A DNA stretch of 62,847 nt, filler included, from Octopus bimaculoides (Eukaryota): NCBI RefSeq assembly GCF_001194135.2. It is 6 parts of 5 records of this genome, joined end to end, with 100 filler letters (N's around TTAATTAATTAA, not from the genome) between each part and the next. Parts side by side here need not be neighbours in the genome. Positions count along the whole stretch, not along the records: positions 20,612 to 43,665 come from NC_069008.1; 5 more parts are not named here. One strand, given 5' to 3'. This document shows, piece by piece, positions 24,451 to 37,211 of the stretch. Each line of letters begins with the position of its first letter. Within the stretch, counting starts at the first letter, position 1. The position numbers and the translations under genes were made by a program. The notes beneath the pieces are model-generated. The model searched no databases, was not told where the DNA came from, and worked only from the letters and a program-made list of their open reading frames with translations.

Positions 24451-24897
24451 TTACAAAGTGTAACTGTGCAATAAAATATCACAATGATATGGCCTCTCTC
24501 CCAAATGAAGGTGCTCGTGTTGAGTTAAAGCACTACCAACAGTGAATGATTTACCACAGATATCACAGTAATATGGTCTCTCTCCTGGATGAAGGTGTTT
24601 GTGTTCAGTTAAGTGACTCCTCTTACAGAATGATTTGCCACAGATATCACAGTGATATAGTCTCTCTCCTGTATGAACACATTTGTATTCAGCTAAGTGA
24701 TTTTTGTTAGTGAATGACTTACTACAGACATCACAATGATATGGCTTCTCTCTTGTATGAATACGTTTGTGTTCAGTTAAGTGCCTTTTGTTAGTGAATG
24801 ACTTAATACAGATATCACAGCCATATGACAACTTTCATCTCCCTTTTATCATGTCTTCATGGGAAATCAATTCTTTAAGCTTCTCACTCTTTTCCAT
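24451..24897 (-). pseudogene. C2H2 zinc-finger pseudogene A (4 fingers, truncated in the 5th)
   Basis: ATG at 24897 gives MEKSEKLKELISHEDMIKGR followed by an in-frame TGA at 24837-24835, where paralog C has GGA. It then continues KLSYGCDIC... with TGE-type linkers. Finger 2 has His>Tyr, and the array breaks after YHCDI. Confidence 0.9.
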
Positions 24898-24923
24898 TAT
24901 TATTGTTTTTAAATCACAATGTA

Positions 24924-26245
24924 TGAGGGGATACCCAAAAGAAACACAAATTTTACAATACTATTGTAGTCACTTAGTTTTACATGTTTATACTTTTATC
25001 ATTTTCAACATATTCTCCGTTTGAAGCAATGCATCGGTCTAGACGTGTTTTCCATTGTTCGAAGCAGTCCTGGAACTCTTGCGAAGTGATGCCTTTTAAT
25101 GCCTCCATTGTTTTTTCCTTCACCTCTTCCACATCTGCAAGACGTTTTCCTTTAAGGACTTTTTTCATTCGAGGGAACAAAAAAAAGTTGCAGGGAGTAA
25201 GATCAGGTGAATAGGGAGGGTGGGTAAGCGGAGTCATGCCATTTTTGGTCAAGAACTGTCTCACACTCAAGGCATTGTGTGCAGGTGCATTGTCGTGATG
25301 AAACCACCACTCTCCACTTTGACACAGGTCGGGACGTTTTTGTCTCACCGCATCTCGCAAACGCTTTAGAACTTCCAAGTAAAATGTCTGGTTAACAGTT
25401 TGACCAGGAGGAACAAATTCTGTGTGGACAATTCCTTTCGCATCAATGAAACAAATCAGCATCGTCTTGACATTAGACTTCACTTGGCGCGCTTTTTTGG
25501 GGCGTGGTGACATTGACTGCTGACATTCACTTGATTGCTGCTTCAACTCTGAGTCACAGCCATAGCACCAGCTTTCATCACCAGTGATGACCTTCATAAA
25601 AAGGTCTGGATCATCTTCCAACTGTTCTTTCAGTTCACGACATGCATTTAGTCGTGACTGCTTTTGATCTTCCGTGAGCAAGCGAGGCACAAATTTTGCT
25701 GCAACTCTTTTCATTCGCAATTCCTCGCTCAAAATTCTTTGGCAGGAGCTCCAGGATACACCAGTTATATCAACAAGCTCGTCAATTGTCCTGTGACGGT
25801 CCTCCAAGATCAGTTCATGAATTTTTTTGATGTTTTCATTCGTTCGGGAGGTTGATGGTCGCCCTGAACGAGGCTGGTCTTCAAGTGACAAGTGACCATT
25901 CCTAAAGCGTGAAAACCACTCATAAACTTGTGTTTTGCTCATGGCAGCATCTTTGTAAGCTGTTTGAAGCATGACAACTGTTTCAGCTGCTGTTTTCCCC
26001 AGCAGAAAACAGAATTTTACAGAAGCACGCAATTGCATTGTTTCAGCCATCACAAAAACTGACAAACAGGGAAAAAGTGCTGCAAAGCAAAGATGCACCA
26101 CGTAGAAGTACAACTTCACGCAATGATGCCAGTCAGCAGACTGACACCTGAGGATCGTTTCAAGTGGCTTCTAACAGCGGAAGCATGAACTAAAATGGGC
26201 TTGTCCCACACACAATGTTTCCGGTTACTTTTGGATACCTCCTCA
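24924..26245 (-). mobile_element. Full-length mariner transposon (1322 bp) with TA target duplication
   Basis: Imperfect TIRs TGAGGGGATACCCAAAAGAAACAC / TGAGGAGGTATCCAAAAGTAACCG (18/24 identical); TA at 24922-23 and 26246-47. The reconstructed empty site matches paralog C (AAATCACAATG-TA-TATA). Confidence 0.92.
24980..26050 (-). CDS. Mariner transposase, open 356-aa ORF with a DD34N triad
   Basis: MAETMQLRASVKFCFLLGKTAAET...VYEWFSRF...RSGRP, FVPRLL, VITGDESW, HHDNAPAH, YSPDLTPCNFF. There are 34 residues between the second D and the N that replaces the third D. Confidence 0.9.
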   Translation of the reverse strand: MAETMQLRASVKFCFLLGKTAAETVVMLQTAYKDAAMSKTQVYEWFSRFRNGHLSLEDQPRSGRPSTSRTNENIKKIHELILEDRHRTIDELVDITGVSWSSCQRILSEELRMKRVAAKFVPRLLTEDQKQSRLNACRELKEQLEDDPDLFMKVITGDESWCYGCDSELKQQSSECQQSMSPRPKKARQVKSNVKTMLICFIDAKGIVHTEFVPPGQTVNQTFYLEVLKRLRDAVRQKRPDLCQSGEWWFHHDNAPAHNALSVRQFLTKNGMTPLTHPPYSPDLTPCNFFLFPRMKKVLKGKRLADVEEVKEKTMEALKGITSQEFQDCFEQWKTRLDRCIASNGEYVENDKSINM

Positions 26246-26572
26246 TATATATACTTTTCTTGTTTTTGTTCTCATCGTTTAATCTTAGAGATACTTCCAC
26301 TTCTATATTTTTGTCCACTGTTTCCCTTCTCTAGTAACACTTATGTAAATGTATCCAAGTTTACTCAGCACACAAACTCATCTTCTCAACACTCCAATCA
26401 GATGTGCAGAAATTTTGCTAATAATATCAGATTAGAACAAATATTTCAAAGAAATCTACAGATTTATAGAAACAGTGTTATATATCTGCTTTGTATATCA
26501 TTTTCTTTCAGTTTTAAAAGATGATAAATATTGACAATGTATCTTCTATGATGCCAAAGTCATCTGATTATT

Positions 26573-26687
26573 CTGAAATAATAAAGAAACAACAATGTAA
26601 GAAAAAGAGGCTACTAAAAGATATATATTCAACAATGTAAAATTTACAACATTTCTATTGAGATAAATTTTAGAAATAAACATTTAC
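26573..26687 (-). other. Putative 115-nt 5'UTR intron of ZNF locus A
   Basis: Donor GTTCAG|GTAAAT and acceptor TTTCTTTATTATTTCAG| are conserved in locus C (43422-43534, 113 nt). Confidence 0.6.
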
Positions 26688-27079
26688 CTGAACTTTTTAA
26701 TTTATTAAAATTTACATCACAGAATCTTCTGTGTAGCTTACGTGTTTGTAAACCACAGCTACACCTTCACATTGTATAATATTATTTAGATTAAACTAGA
26801 AAATAGTGGACAATAACTCTCTTCTTTCTCCAGACATATATGACATTGTTGTTTGGCCTGAAGACAGCTCTAACTGAGCAGAAATATGATTAAAGACATT
26901 TCATCTATGAAGATCTTGTCTTTAGCATTGTATATCTAGAACTACATTATTCAATACAGTCTTCAATATTTATGACCAAAAGGTGAAATATAAGGGAGAT
27001 GTGCTATTATTTCTAGCAGATCGTGTGACAACTGAATGAGAAAAGAAAAAAAAAAAACATTAACAAAAAATACTAGCGG

Positions 27080-27240
27080 CCTGGCAATTTTTAACAAGTT
27101 TGATTCCCCACCATGTGATTTTGGGTTCAGTCCCACAGTGCGGCACCTTCAGCAAGTGTCTTCTACTATAGCATCAGTGCAACCAAAGCCATCTGAATGG
27201 ATTTGGTAGATAGAAATTGAAAGAAGACTGTCATGTGTGT
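27080..27240 (+). mobile_element. Old family 1 SINE shared by ZNF loci A and B (paralog at ~30150-30300)
   Basis: GGGTTCAGTCCCACAGTGCGGCACCTTCAGCAAGTGTCTTCTACTATAGC; it lies at the same relative position upstream of both ZNF copies. Confidence 0.7.
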
Positions 27241-27628
27241 GTTCTTGTTCTGATATCCCATGTAAGCAAGCATCAACATGTCATTTGATTCTCATCTTCC
27301 ATGGAAACATGTCTGGACATGGGAAAATATTACCTTGCTTGGGAGTCAGTGAGGGTTGGTGACAGTAAGGACACCTAGCTCTAACTTCTGCTTCTATGAA
27401 TTTGGTCTGACCAAGGGAAGCAAGGAAAAGTGGCTTTTCAAATCATAATAAAGATGACTTAAATGAAGATCTGATAGGTTTTTGTGGCGTCTTCCATTTT
27501 GTACTGGAGGTCATTTTTGTTTTTTTATATATATTTGACAAATTTACTGCATTCCTGTATTTGAAAAAGGTATAAAATACTGTTAACATATTTAATGAGT
27601 TAAGTATTTAAAATTTAATAATGAATAA

Positions 27629-28029
27629 GGTAATTGTTCAAATTAGGGACATTAAAAAAGTAAATAAAAATTAAGGGGGAGATAACTAGTAAAGGGACAT
27701 AGTAACATGGCGAATTACAATTTTCGCACGTGTATAAATTCATAATTAGTCGACACCGTGCAAACCACTGAAGAATTTTGTTTCGTGATTCGGCTAATTG
27801 GGTGATATTCCAAGATTCCTCCAAGTTTGATTCATGATAAAGGATTTCAATTTCAGGAACAATGAATTGCGGTTCTGCTGGTCTTCCACGTGTCATTCTG
27901 CTCAATTCCAAAGTAAATAATACCCAGTATTTATGTTAATAGTTAGTTGGCTTATTTACGTCCCTTTACGAGTTATCTTCCCCTTAATTTTTATTTACAT
28001 TTTTAATATCCCTAAACTGAATAATTACC
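27629..28029 (-). mobile_element. 401-bp internally deleted DNA transposon, Merlin/IS1595(ISXO2)-like
   Basis: 70-bp TIRs beginning GGTAATT (63/70 identical: 27629-27698 vs 27960-28029). The element is absent from the paralogous flank at ~41.6 kb. It encodes ...KILQWFARCRLIMNLYTCENCNSPC, resembling the N-terminal CxxC region of Merlin transposases. No clean TSD. Confidence 0.6.
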
Positions 28030-28319
28030 AAGGAAATTAGGGAAGTGATTTTCAACAAAGAGCCATATGTCGGGTTGCCCAGAGGAAGAATTTCAGTATA
28101 GAGTCCCCTACATCATGGTAAATGAAACGGAATGGAAGGGATGGAGCTGGGAGAAAATTTAATAAGAAAGAAAAAAAAAACTTAAATTTTTGGAAAAACT
28201 TATTTACAGAGCCATAATGTAAATTACATGAAACATAGGAATATTAAAAAGAAGAAGAAATTTACAAAAGAAACAATACAAACTAGCCTTTTCCTTTCTC
28301 CCCTGTATGAATATTTTCA

Positions 28320-29471
<1,152 letters not shown>

Positions 29472-30895
29472 TATTATCGTTCTCGAGTCACTTTTATTTT
29501 TGTACATATCGTTTAATCTTACAAATACTTCCACTGCTGTGTTTCTGTCCACTGTTACCTCTCTCTAGCAACACTTACGTAAATTTATCCTAGTTTACTC
29601 GCACATAAACTCATCTTCTCGACACTCCAGCCAGTGATATGCAGAATTTTTGCTAATAATAATAATCAGATTGCAACAAATACTTCGTAAGACTGCTGTG
29701 TAAAAACATATTCATTTGGTCTTTAAATGATGAGAATGTAAACTACAGCTATACTTTCACGCTGTGAAACATAACTTAAATTGAATTACATGATATTGGA
29801 CAATAACATTCTACTTCCTCCTGACATAATTTGACATTGTTGTTGGTCTGAAGACAGCTCTAACTGAGCTGAAATACGATGAAAGACGTTCCATCTAATA
29901 ATATCCTGTCTTGCTCTTAGCATTGTATATCTAGGACTGCATCATCCAATAGTCTTCAATATTTATGATCAAAAGGAGATATTTAAGGGAGATGTGCTGT
30001 TATTTCTAGTAGGTCGTGTGACCACATACAGAACTATGAAGAAAAATGTTTTTTTACCAGGTCCAACAATTTTATTACAATTAAAAAAGAAGAATAAACA
30101 TTGATGAATGTAGAAAGGAAACTGAATGAGGAAAAAAAAAAATTACAACTGGCCTGGCAGTGGTTAAGAAGTTTCATTCCCGACCATGTGATTTCAGGTT
30201 CAGTACCAAAGTGCAAATATTTCTACCATAGCACCAGTGCAACCAAAACCATTTGAGTGGATTTGGAAGATGGAAACTGAAAAAAGATTGCCGTGTGTGT
30301 CTTCACATCATGTGATATATTTCAATGGACATTACCATTTCTGGAAATATGTCCAGACATGGGGAAATATTACATTGCTTGGTAACAGGAAGGATATCTG
30401 ACCATAAAAATTCTCCCTCTCTGAACTCTGTCTGATTCAAGCAAGTATGGAAAAGTAGCTGTTCAAACCATAATAATGACAATGACTTAATTAAATTTCA
30501 TTTATGGAGTGATTTTTCTTAGCAGGGACCTCTTATACAGAACATCGTCATCGTCAACTTGTCCAACTTTTCGTGCTTGCATAGATCATCCCCTTCACCT
30601 GTATCCTAGCAAATATTCCTATGCCAGGACACAGGAGATTGGAAAAGAATAATAATGCTTATATAATGGTGACACTCATTTACAATCATAACATGATGTG
30701 AATACAAGGAGACACAAACACAAAGTGATGCTCTCACACACAGACAAAATATATATAAATATTCTGAAACATTCCTTTCTCTCTCTGTTGTTCTTTCTCC
30801 ATTTTTTCCCTGTCGTCCCTTTTTGTCAAAGAGCCCATTCCAAACGAATTCAAAGTTAAAAAAACTTAGCATGTGACCAACTTAGTAGATTTGGC

Positions 30896-30934
<39 letters not shown>

Positions 30935-31789
30935 GTAATAGCTTTATATACGTAAGGAACACACATGATTTTAAGGTTCACCTTCTCAGTGTTTCAAAGG
31001 AATACTCTGCCATAGAGGACCATACCCCTCGTGGAGCATAAGTGTCAATTTATACAGGTTTTGGTGCTGATCATAGTATTCGATTGAAATTGACTGCTCC
31101 GGGTAATCTGAACCCAGCCTGTCAGAAACTGCTATCAGAATTGCTCTATCACCCTTCATTTTTGTGTTATTGGTCTTTAAAATATGAACCTTATCATGGG
31201 TTGAAATAAAACAATATTCAAAGGTCCCCCATGAAGTCAAGATGTCTAATACAAGCAAATGTCTGTTGAGGACTGATTTGTCCAAGATAAGAATATTGAC
31301 AATGCACAAGACATAATATTTAGGGGCCTCTGAAAATGGTTCCAGGTGAAAAAAACACTTTTTTGACAATTTTTACCTCAAGTTCACCATATGGGCAATT
31401 AAATAAACAAGTGACTGAAACTCATTCTCCAGGAACATATAGATCCAAACTTATTCAAAATTTTAACTTGTTTTCTTATCTCCTTCATAGTTAATTCGGT
31501 TTTCAAATAATAGTGTGTTTTTTTTTGTTTTTAGCATGTACGTTTTTACATTATATGGAAAATTATTGGATCAAGTGGACTGGTGCACACAGTGCCCCCT
31601 AGTAGATACACACCATTATTTGTAATGAATTTCATACCTCCTTGTGGATTAATGTGTGAACTTTTGGCACATATGCATAAGTCCTCTAAATCCAAAATAT
31701 CGACTCACATCAATACATGAATGTATGATAATCATTTTGCATTTAATTTTAATACATAATTTGGCTACATTGAGTATGAATTTAGAAGA

Positions 31790-32231
31790 GGCACTACAGT
31801 TCATTGTTAACTCTTGTGCTAGAAAGTTAGTCATGGAAAAAACATCAAAACTTTTGGTGTAAGTGATCATATGGTACGGAGATCACAGCAACCAAGGAAA
31901 GAAAAGGGTATTTTTGGCTGATCCTGACCCAAAGAAGTGTGGAAGAGCACTTGCTTCTGATGTCATGAAACGGATAATACAATTCTACGAGTCGGAAGGT
32001 TATATGCATGTTTTCCCAGGTAAAAAGGAATCTGTTATTGTAAAGCAGAATAGAGGAATGGTCCACTGGCAAAAACAGCTATTGCTAAAGGTCCACAGAC
32101 AAGAACAGCTACTGCTAATGAATCTGCATGAACTTTTTGTGGAATACAAGAGATAGTACCCTGCAGATAAGACAGGCTTTTCAAAGTTTTGTGATTTTCA
32201 ACTGAAATGGTGTGTTTCAGTTAATACCTTG
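31790..32231 (+). mobile_element. DNA transposase remnant, tentatively Sola-like
   Basis: GRALASDVMKRIIQFYESEGYMHVFPGKKESVIV...QKQLLL..NLHELFVEYKR*YPADKTGFSKFCDFQLKWCV resembles a recurring transposase segment (PGKKD...LLLxNLxEL...GFSKFCxLRPKWC). The superfamily assignment is from memory of that motif and is unverified. Confidence 0.4.
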
Positions 32232-34540
32232 GGCACCATGTTCGGATGGTGCTTTTTACGCACTACCAGCACAAAGAGCCAGTCAGGCGGCACTAGCAAC
32301 AAACCATGCCTGAATGGTGCTTATTGTGTGCCATCAGCACGGGAGCCAGTCAGGCGGCACTGGCATCAACCACAACTACAATTTCAATTTTTGATTTCGA
32401 TTTGATTGAGATTCTGATTGTGAATTGATTTTGATTTTTGATTTTACTTGACTCAATAGGTCGTCCAACGATTGAAAAGTACTTTTTAAATGGGTTGGTT
32501 ATGTGACACTGGTATAGGCTACAGCTGTCATCTCGCTTTACTTGCCAGGTCTTCTCAATCACAGCATATCTCCAGGGGTCTCGGTCTCTTGTCATTGCCT
32601 CTGTGAGGCCCAACATTCAAAGGTCATGCTTCACCACCTCATCCCATGTCTTCCTGGGTCTCCCGCTGCCACGGGATTCTTCTACTGTTAAGGAGTGACA
32701 CTTCTTTACACAGCTCTCCTCATCCATACGCAGCACATGACCATACCAGCGTAGTCGTCTCTCTTGCATACCACATCTGATGCTCCTTATGCCCAACTTT
32801 TCTCTCAGGGCGCTTACAATCTATTGTGTGTGCACACTGACATTACACATCCAGTGGATCATATCAGCTTCATTTCTTTCAGGCCTATGTATGTCCTCAA
32901 CAGTCATGGCCCATATTTCACTGCTGTGAAGCATGGCAGTATGCACACATGCATCATAGAGTCTACCTTTCACTCTGAGCGAGAGGCCTTTTGTCACCAG
33001 CAGAGGTAGGAGCTTTCTGAGTTTTGCCCAGGCTATTCTTATTCTACTGGCAATGCTCTCAGGGCATCCACCCCCCACTACAGACTTGGTCACTTAGGTA
33101 GTGGAAGCTATCAACTATTTCTAGTTTCTCCCCCTGGCATGTGATGGAATCTGTTTTCTGAGCATCTTTGGTGTTTATTGCCCCTGTGCATCTGCCGCAC
33201 ACAAAAGCTATCATCCTGGTTAACCTTCCTAGGATGTTGCTGCACCTCTTATGCATCTATAGCTTACATTGGATACATCTTATGGAGTTTCTACCTACAC
33301 CTTTTCTACCAATCGAACAGGGCCATCTACCTGAAGGGGTTTGTGATTTGTCTGCCTTCCTACTTACTGGGACTTTGGTTTTTGCAACATTGACTCTAAG
33401 GCCCTTTAATACTAAACCTTGCTTCCACACCTGAAATTTCTTCTCTAGTTCTGGTAGTGTTCAGCTATAAGAGCAAGGTCATCAGCATAGAGGAGCTCCC
33501 AAGGGTAGTCTGACTTGAATTCCTCTGTTATTTCCTGGAGGAATATAATGAATAAGATGATCCTTGGTGAATCCCTACTTCTACCTGGAATTCTTCACTA
33601 TACTTGTTGCTGACCCTTACCTTACTGTCAGCATCCCTGTACAGCTCTTATTCATCACTCACCTATCATTAGTTTCTGCATAACCCTCCAGATAAGGGAT
33701 CAGGGGACCCTGTCAAAAGCTTTCTCCAAGTCAACAAAAGCCAAGTATAGGGGGTTTATCTTTGGGTAGGTATTTTTCCTGCAGTTGCTTTACCAGAAAT
33801 ATAGCATCAGTGGTGCTTCTACCTGGCACAAAACTGAACTGCATCTCATCTAAGCAGACTCCCTAATTGGGCTATGACCCTCTCTGTGACCTTCATCACC
33901 TGATCCAGCAGTTTGTGTATGACTCCTTTGTGAACTACCTGATTTACAATACGGCGGACTAGACCATAACCCACACCACCAGATATTTTAAGGACCTCAG
34001 CAGTGATTCTTGATGGGCTAGGGGCTTTTCCTGGTTTCATATCCTTAATTGTTTTATCTACCAGGCTGCTATTGATTCAGGTAGCTGGTCCCTTCACTGG
34101 GTCAACATTTGGCAGGCTCTCCTCCTCCCATTCAGCAGCCCTTCATCATGGCCTCTCCAAGCCTCTTTCTTTGCAGAATCATTAAAAGCAAGTACACCGT
34201 CATCCATGTGGACACATTTCTATCCTGTAACATCACAATTTTCTCTCACATTGTCTTGCAATCTGAAATACTTCCATCCTTTGGTCTTCATGTTGCTGAA
34301 CATCTGCTTCTCTCCTGGCTATATATATATACCTGTCTTCCACCCTCCCTTCTGGCTATCTGATACAGTTCCTGCTACCCCAACTCTTGCAGGTTTTCCA
34401 GGCCTGTTTCTTTGTTCTAATGGTCTTGTCTACCATATTATTCCACCATCATGTTACCCTAGGTCTAGAAGGGACTTTGCACCAGCTACATATTTGGCCT
34501 GTGGTGCTCAGTAAGCAGTCACGTAGGAATTTCCAGTTAC
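32232..34540 (-). mobile_element. RTE-clade LINE, 5'-truncated and decayed
   Basis: WELLYADDL (~33480-33505), RIRIAWAKLRKLLPLL...LSLRVKGRLYDACV..AMLHSSE.W and KPGKAPSPSRITAEVLK; tandem-repeat 3' UTR at ~32232-32370. Confidence 0.88.
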
Positions 34541-34801
34541 CCTCTATGTCACAAGGGGCATGGTCCTCAAAAATTGGTGGGGCATATCTTTGAAACCCTT
34601 ATGTGTTCTATGTGCATACAGAGATATTACCGAATAAAAAAAAAAATTGACCCAAATCTGAGTTGTACACTCCTGTTTGAGTTCATATAGAATGACTCAT
34701 AGGCTCAAAACATCAGAGACTTTTCCATTCTTCCCAAGCATCAAACTAATACACCTGCTTGTTCCCTCATCTGTCTCCATCTTTTGTTTTCTGGACATTC
34801 G

Positions 34802-34879
<78 letters not shown>

Positions 34880-35189
34880 AATTTGAATGAACGAATAATA
34901 AAATTAACAGACAAGAGGACATGCACAAGGAATGTATGAATTTGATGCTTGGTAAAAAGAGAAAGTTGGTCGTTTCGAGCATAGCTCTATGTCAGAAAGG
35001 GAAAAGACCAAAAAAGGAAATGAAAACGCCAATGGCATGTGTATAGTTATATAACAAGCTCCTTTAAATTTCCATCTACCTATTCCACTCACAACTTCTT
35101 AACTACACATCCATCAAAGCAAGTGAAACACTTATATCTCACCAATGTTTAATTTTCCAGTCTCAAGAGAAGGAAGATGTGTGGAAATG

Positions 35190-35660
35190 CCACTGTGAAA
35201 GTTAGTAAATGTGGAAAATGAATGAGAAAAAGAGGTCTATCAAATATCAAACCAAGTGAGGGACCAGCCATCAGAGTTGATAGCAGCATAATAGATAAGG
35301 CAATTAAAGATATGACAAGAGGGAAAGACCTTGGACCATAAGGTGTCACTGCTGAGATAATAAAAATCATTGGCAGTGTGGGATACAGCCTAGTCATGCA
35401 TTGTTGATCAGATTACTCAGGAAAATGTTATTCCCCTATGACTGGTGTATTGAGAAAAAGTTGAGACTATGTTGTTTTGGACAGGTGATGTGCTTGAATG
35501 AAGACAGATGTATAAAGAAGTGCTGATCACTGAAAGTAGATGGCACCTGTAGAAGACATGAGATGAAGTAGTGAGGACTGATCTCCGGATGCTGGGACTC
35601 AGAAGAAATGACACTGGAGCTAGATGTCTTTCGATATGAGGTTCTAGGCAAGTCCCACCT
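35190..35660 (+). mobile_element. RTE-clade LINE fragment with a large internal deletion
   Basis: EGPAIRVDSSIIDKAIKDM..GK..GP.GVTAEIIK is joined directly to a C-terminal LRLCCFGQVMCLNEDRCIKKC segment; the RT core is missing. Confidence 0.7.
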
Positions 35661-37211
35661 ACATCAGCGAATCTGAGTTCTAGAAGTGTTGTGTCCCACC
35701 CACACTTAATAATATACTTTTCACATACCCTACTCCGACAAACCAAACTGCAACTCCATCCTTCCCAAACTGTTTTTCTTCTCTTCCGCACATTTCCCCT
35801 TCATATACTATGATTATCTCTCACTCCCCAATCCAGTCCTTGCTACCCTGCTCACTGTATCATTGCTTCTCCCTCTTCATACCCAGATTCTCACCAATTA
35901 CAGCATTCCCCACCTCCACTCTCCAATCCAGTCCTATCTTGCTCACTGTATTGATGCTTCTCCCCCTCTATATACCCAGATTCTCACCAGTCACCACATT
36001 CCCCACTTGAAATTCCTTGCTGATACCTAGCCACCATTCATCTTCCTCTTCCTTTTTCTACCATCCCATCTATGCACTGGTCCCTGCTCCTCGCAAGTAT
36101 ACTCTAGTACTTGCTGCCATCCCTCTCCTACTCTCTCTCACCCTTGCTCTCCCTGCTGAGTAATCATGTATCTCTACAGCAACAAACCTATTTCTGTCCT
36201 CTTTCTTGATCACTCTCCCTTCTTCCCTTGCTCTTACCTCTGGCTAGGTAACCATGTATCACCTTTACAGCAGCACACCTCTTTCTTGTTAACTCCCACT
36301 CTCTCCTAGGTAACAGTTTCTGCTCTCATTCTTGTTACCTCTTGCTCTCTCTGGCTGGGTAACCACGGATCTCCTCTACAGCAAGACTTCTGTTTCTTCC
36401 TCTCTGTTGCACTCTAATCTTTCATCATCTGACACAAAATCCACTCTTCCAATGCCCCCTCCCCTCTCAAAGACTCTATCTTGTGAAGTCACCTGGTGAG
36501 CCCAACAGTGCAGGTCCACTTAAAAAATACCCAGTCCACACTGTAAAATGGTTGGCATTTGGAAGGGCATCTAGCTGTAAAAGCCATACCAAAACTGACC
36601 TTGCCTGTATGAATGCCACATAAGAAGCACACAGCCTACTCAACAGAGTGGTTGGTGTTAGGAAGGGCATCCAACTGTAAAAACAAAGCCAAAACAGACA
36701 CAGAAGCATGGTGCAGGCTCCCACCAGGCAAGCTCCTGTGAAACCATCCAACCCATGCCAGTATGGAAGGAGGATGTTAAACAATGATGATCTAAACAAG
36801 TTTGGATATGTGTATATAATTACAATTCAAATATGATAACAATGCCTTCTATTTGTGCTTACCAATCATGGCAAGCAGAATGTGGGAGCAAAAAGTCCCA
36901 TACCTCAAATGAAAGAAAATAAAAATGTAGTCTTTTTGTTTTGAATAAAGATTTCATTTAATAATTTTTGAAGAACATCTTGACTGAATATTCATGTCTC
37001 TTTTATATCCATTTTTCAGAGTTATGAGGAAACAAATTGCTAGTGGGGTGGGCTTGCACCAATAGTTATACCAAGAAACAAGCATTCAATAAATTATAAT
37101 AAAGTTTTCGTTTCTGAACATTTCAGTGGTTGGAGTGTATTTGAGAATATTTCTTTAACTAAAACACACGACAAACTAAGGTGGCAACAAAGGAGTGGGT
37201 AGAAGGTAGCT

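Noticed and set aside
24897-24982. Direct in-frame transposase-ZNF fusion protein
   Set aside because: The transposase has its own stop at 24982-24980, and ZNF-A has a premature TGA after 20 codons. A fusion would need splicing, for which I see no evidence.
26051-26119. 23-aa N-terminal extension of the mariner ORF, and the TTG starts at 43083 and 24831 for the ZNFs
   Set aside because: These are GTG or TTG starts from the ORF caller. The eukaryotic ATGs are at 26050, 43065 and 24897.
34540-34700. Continuation of the Sola-like transposase beyond the RTE insertion
   Set aside because: There is only a vague Cys-containing match, and no TSD or clear frame.
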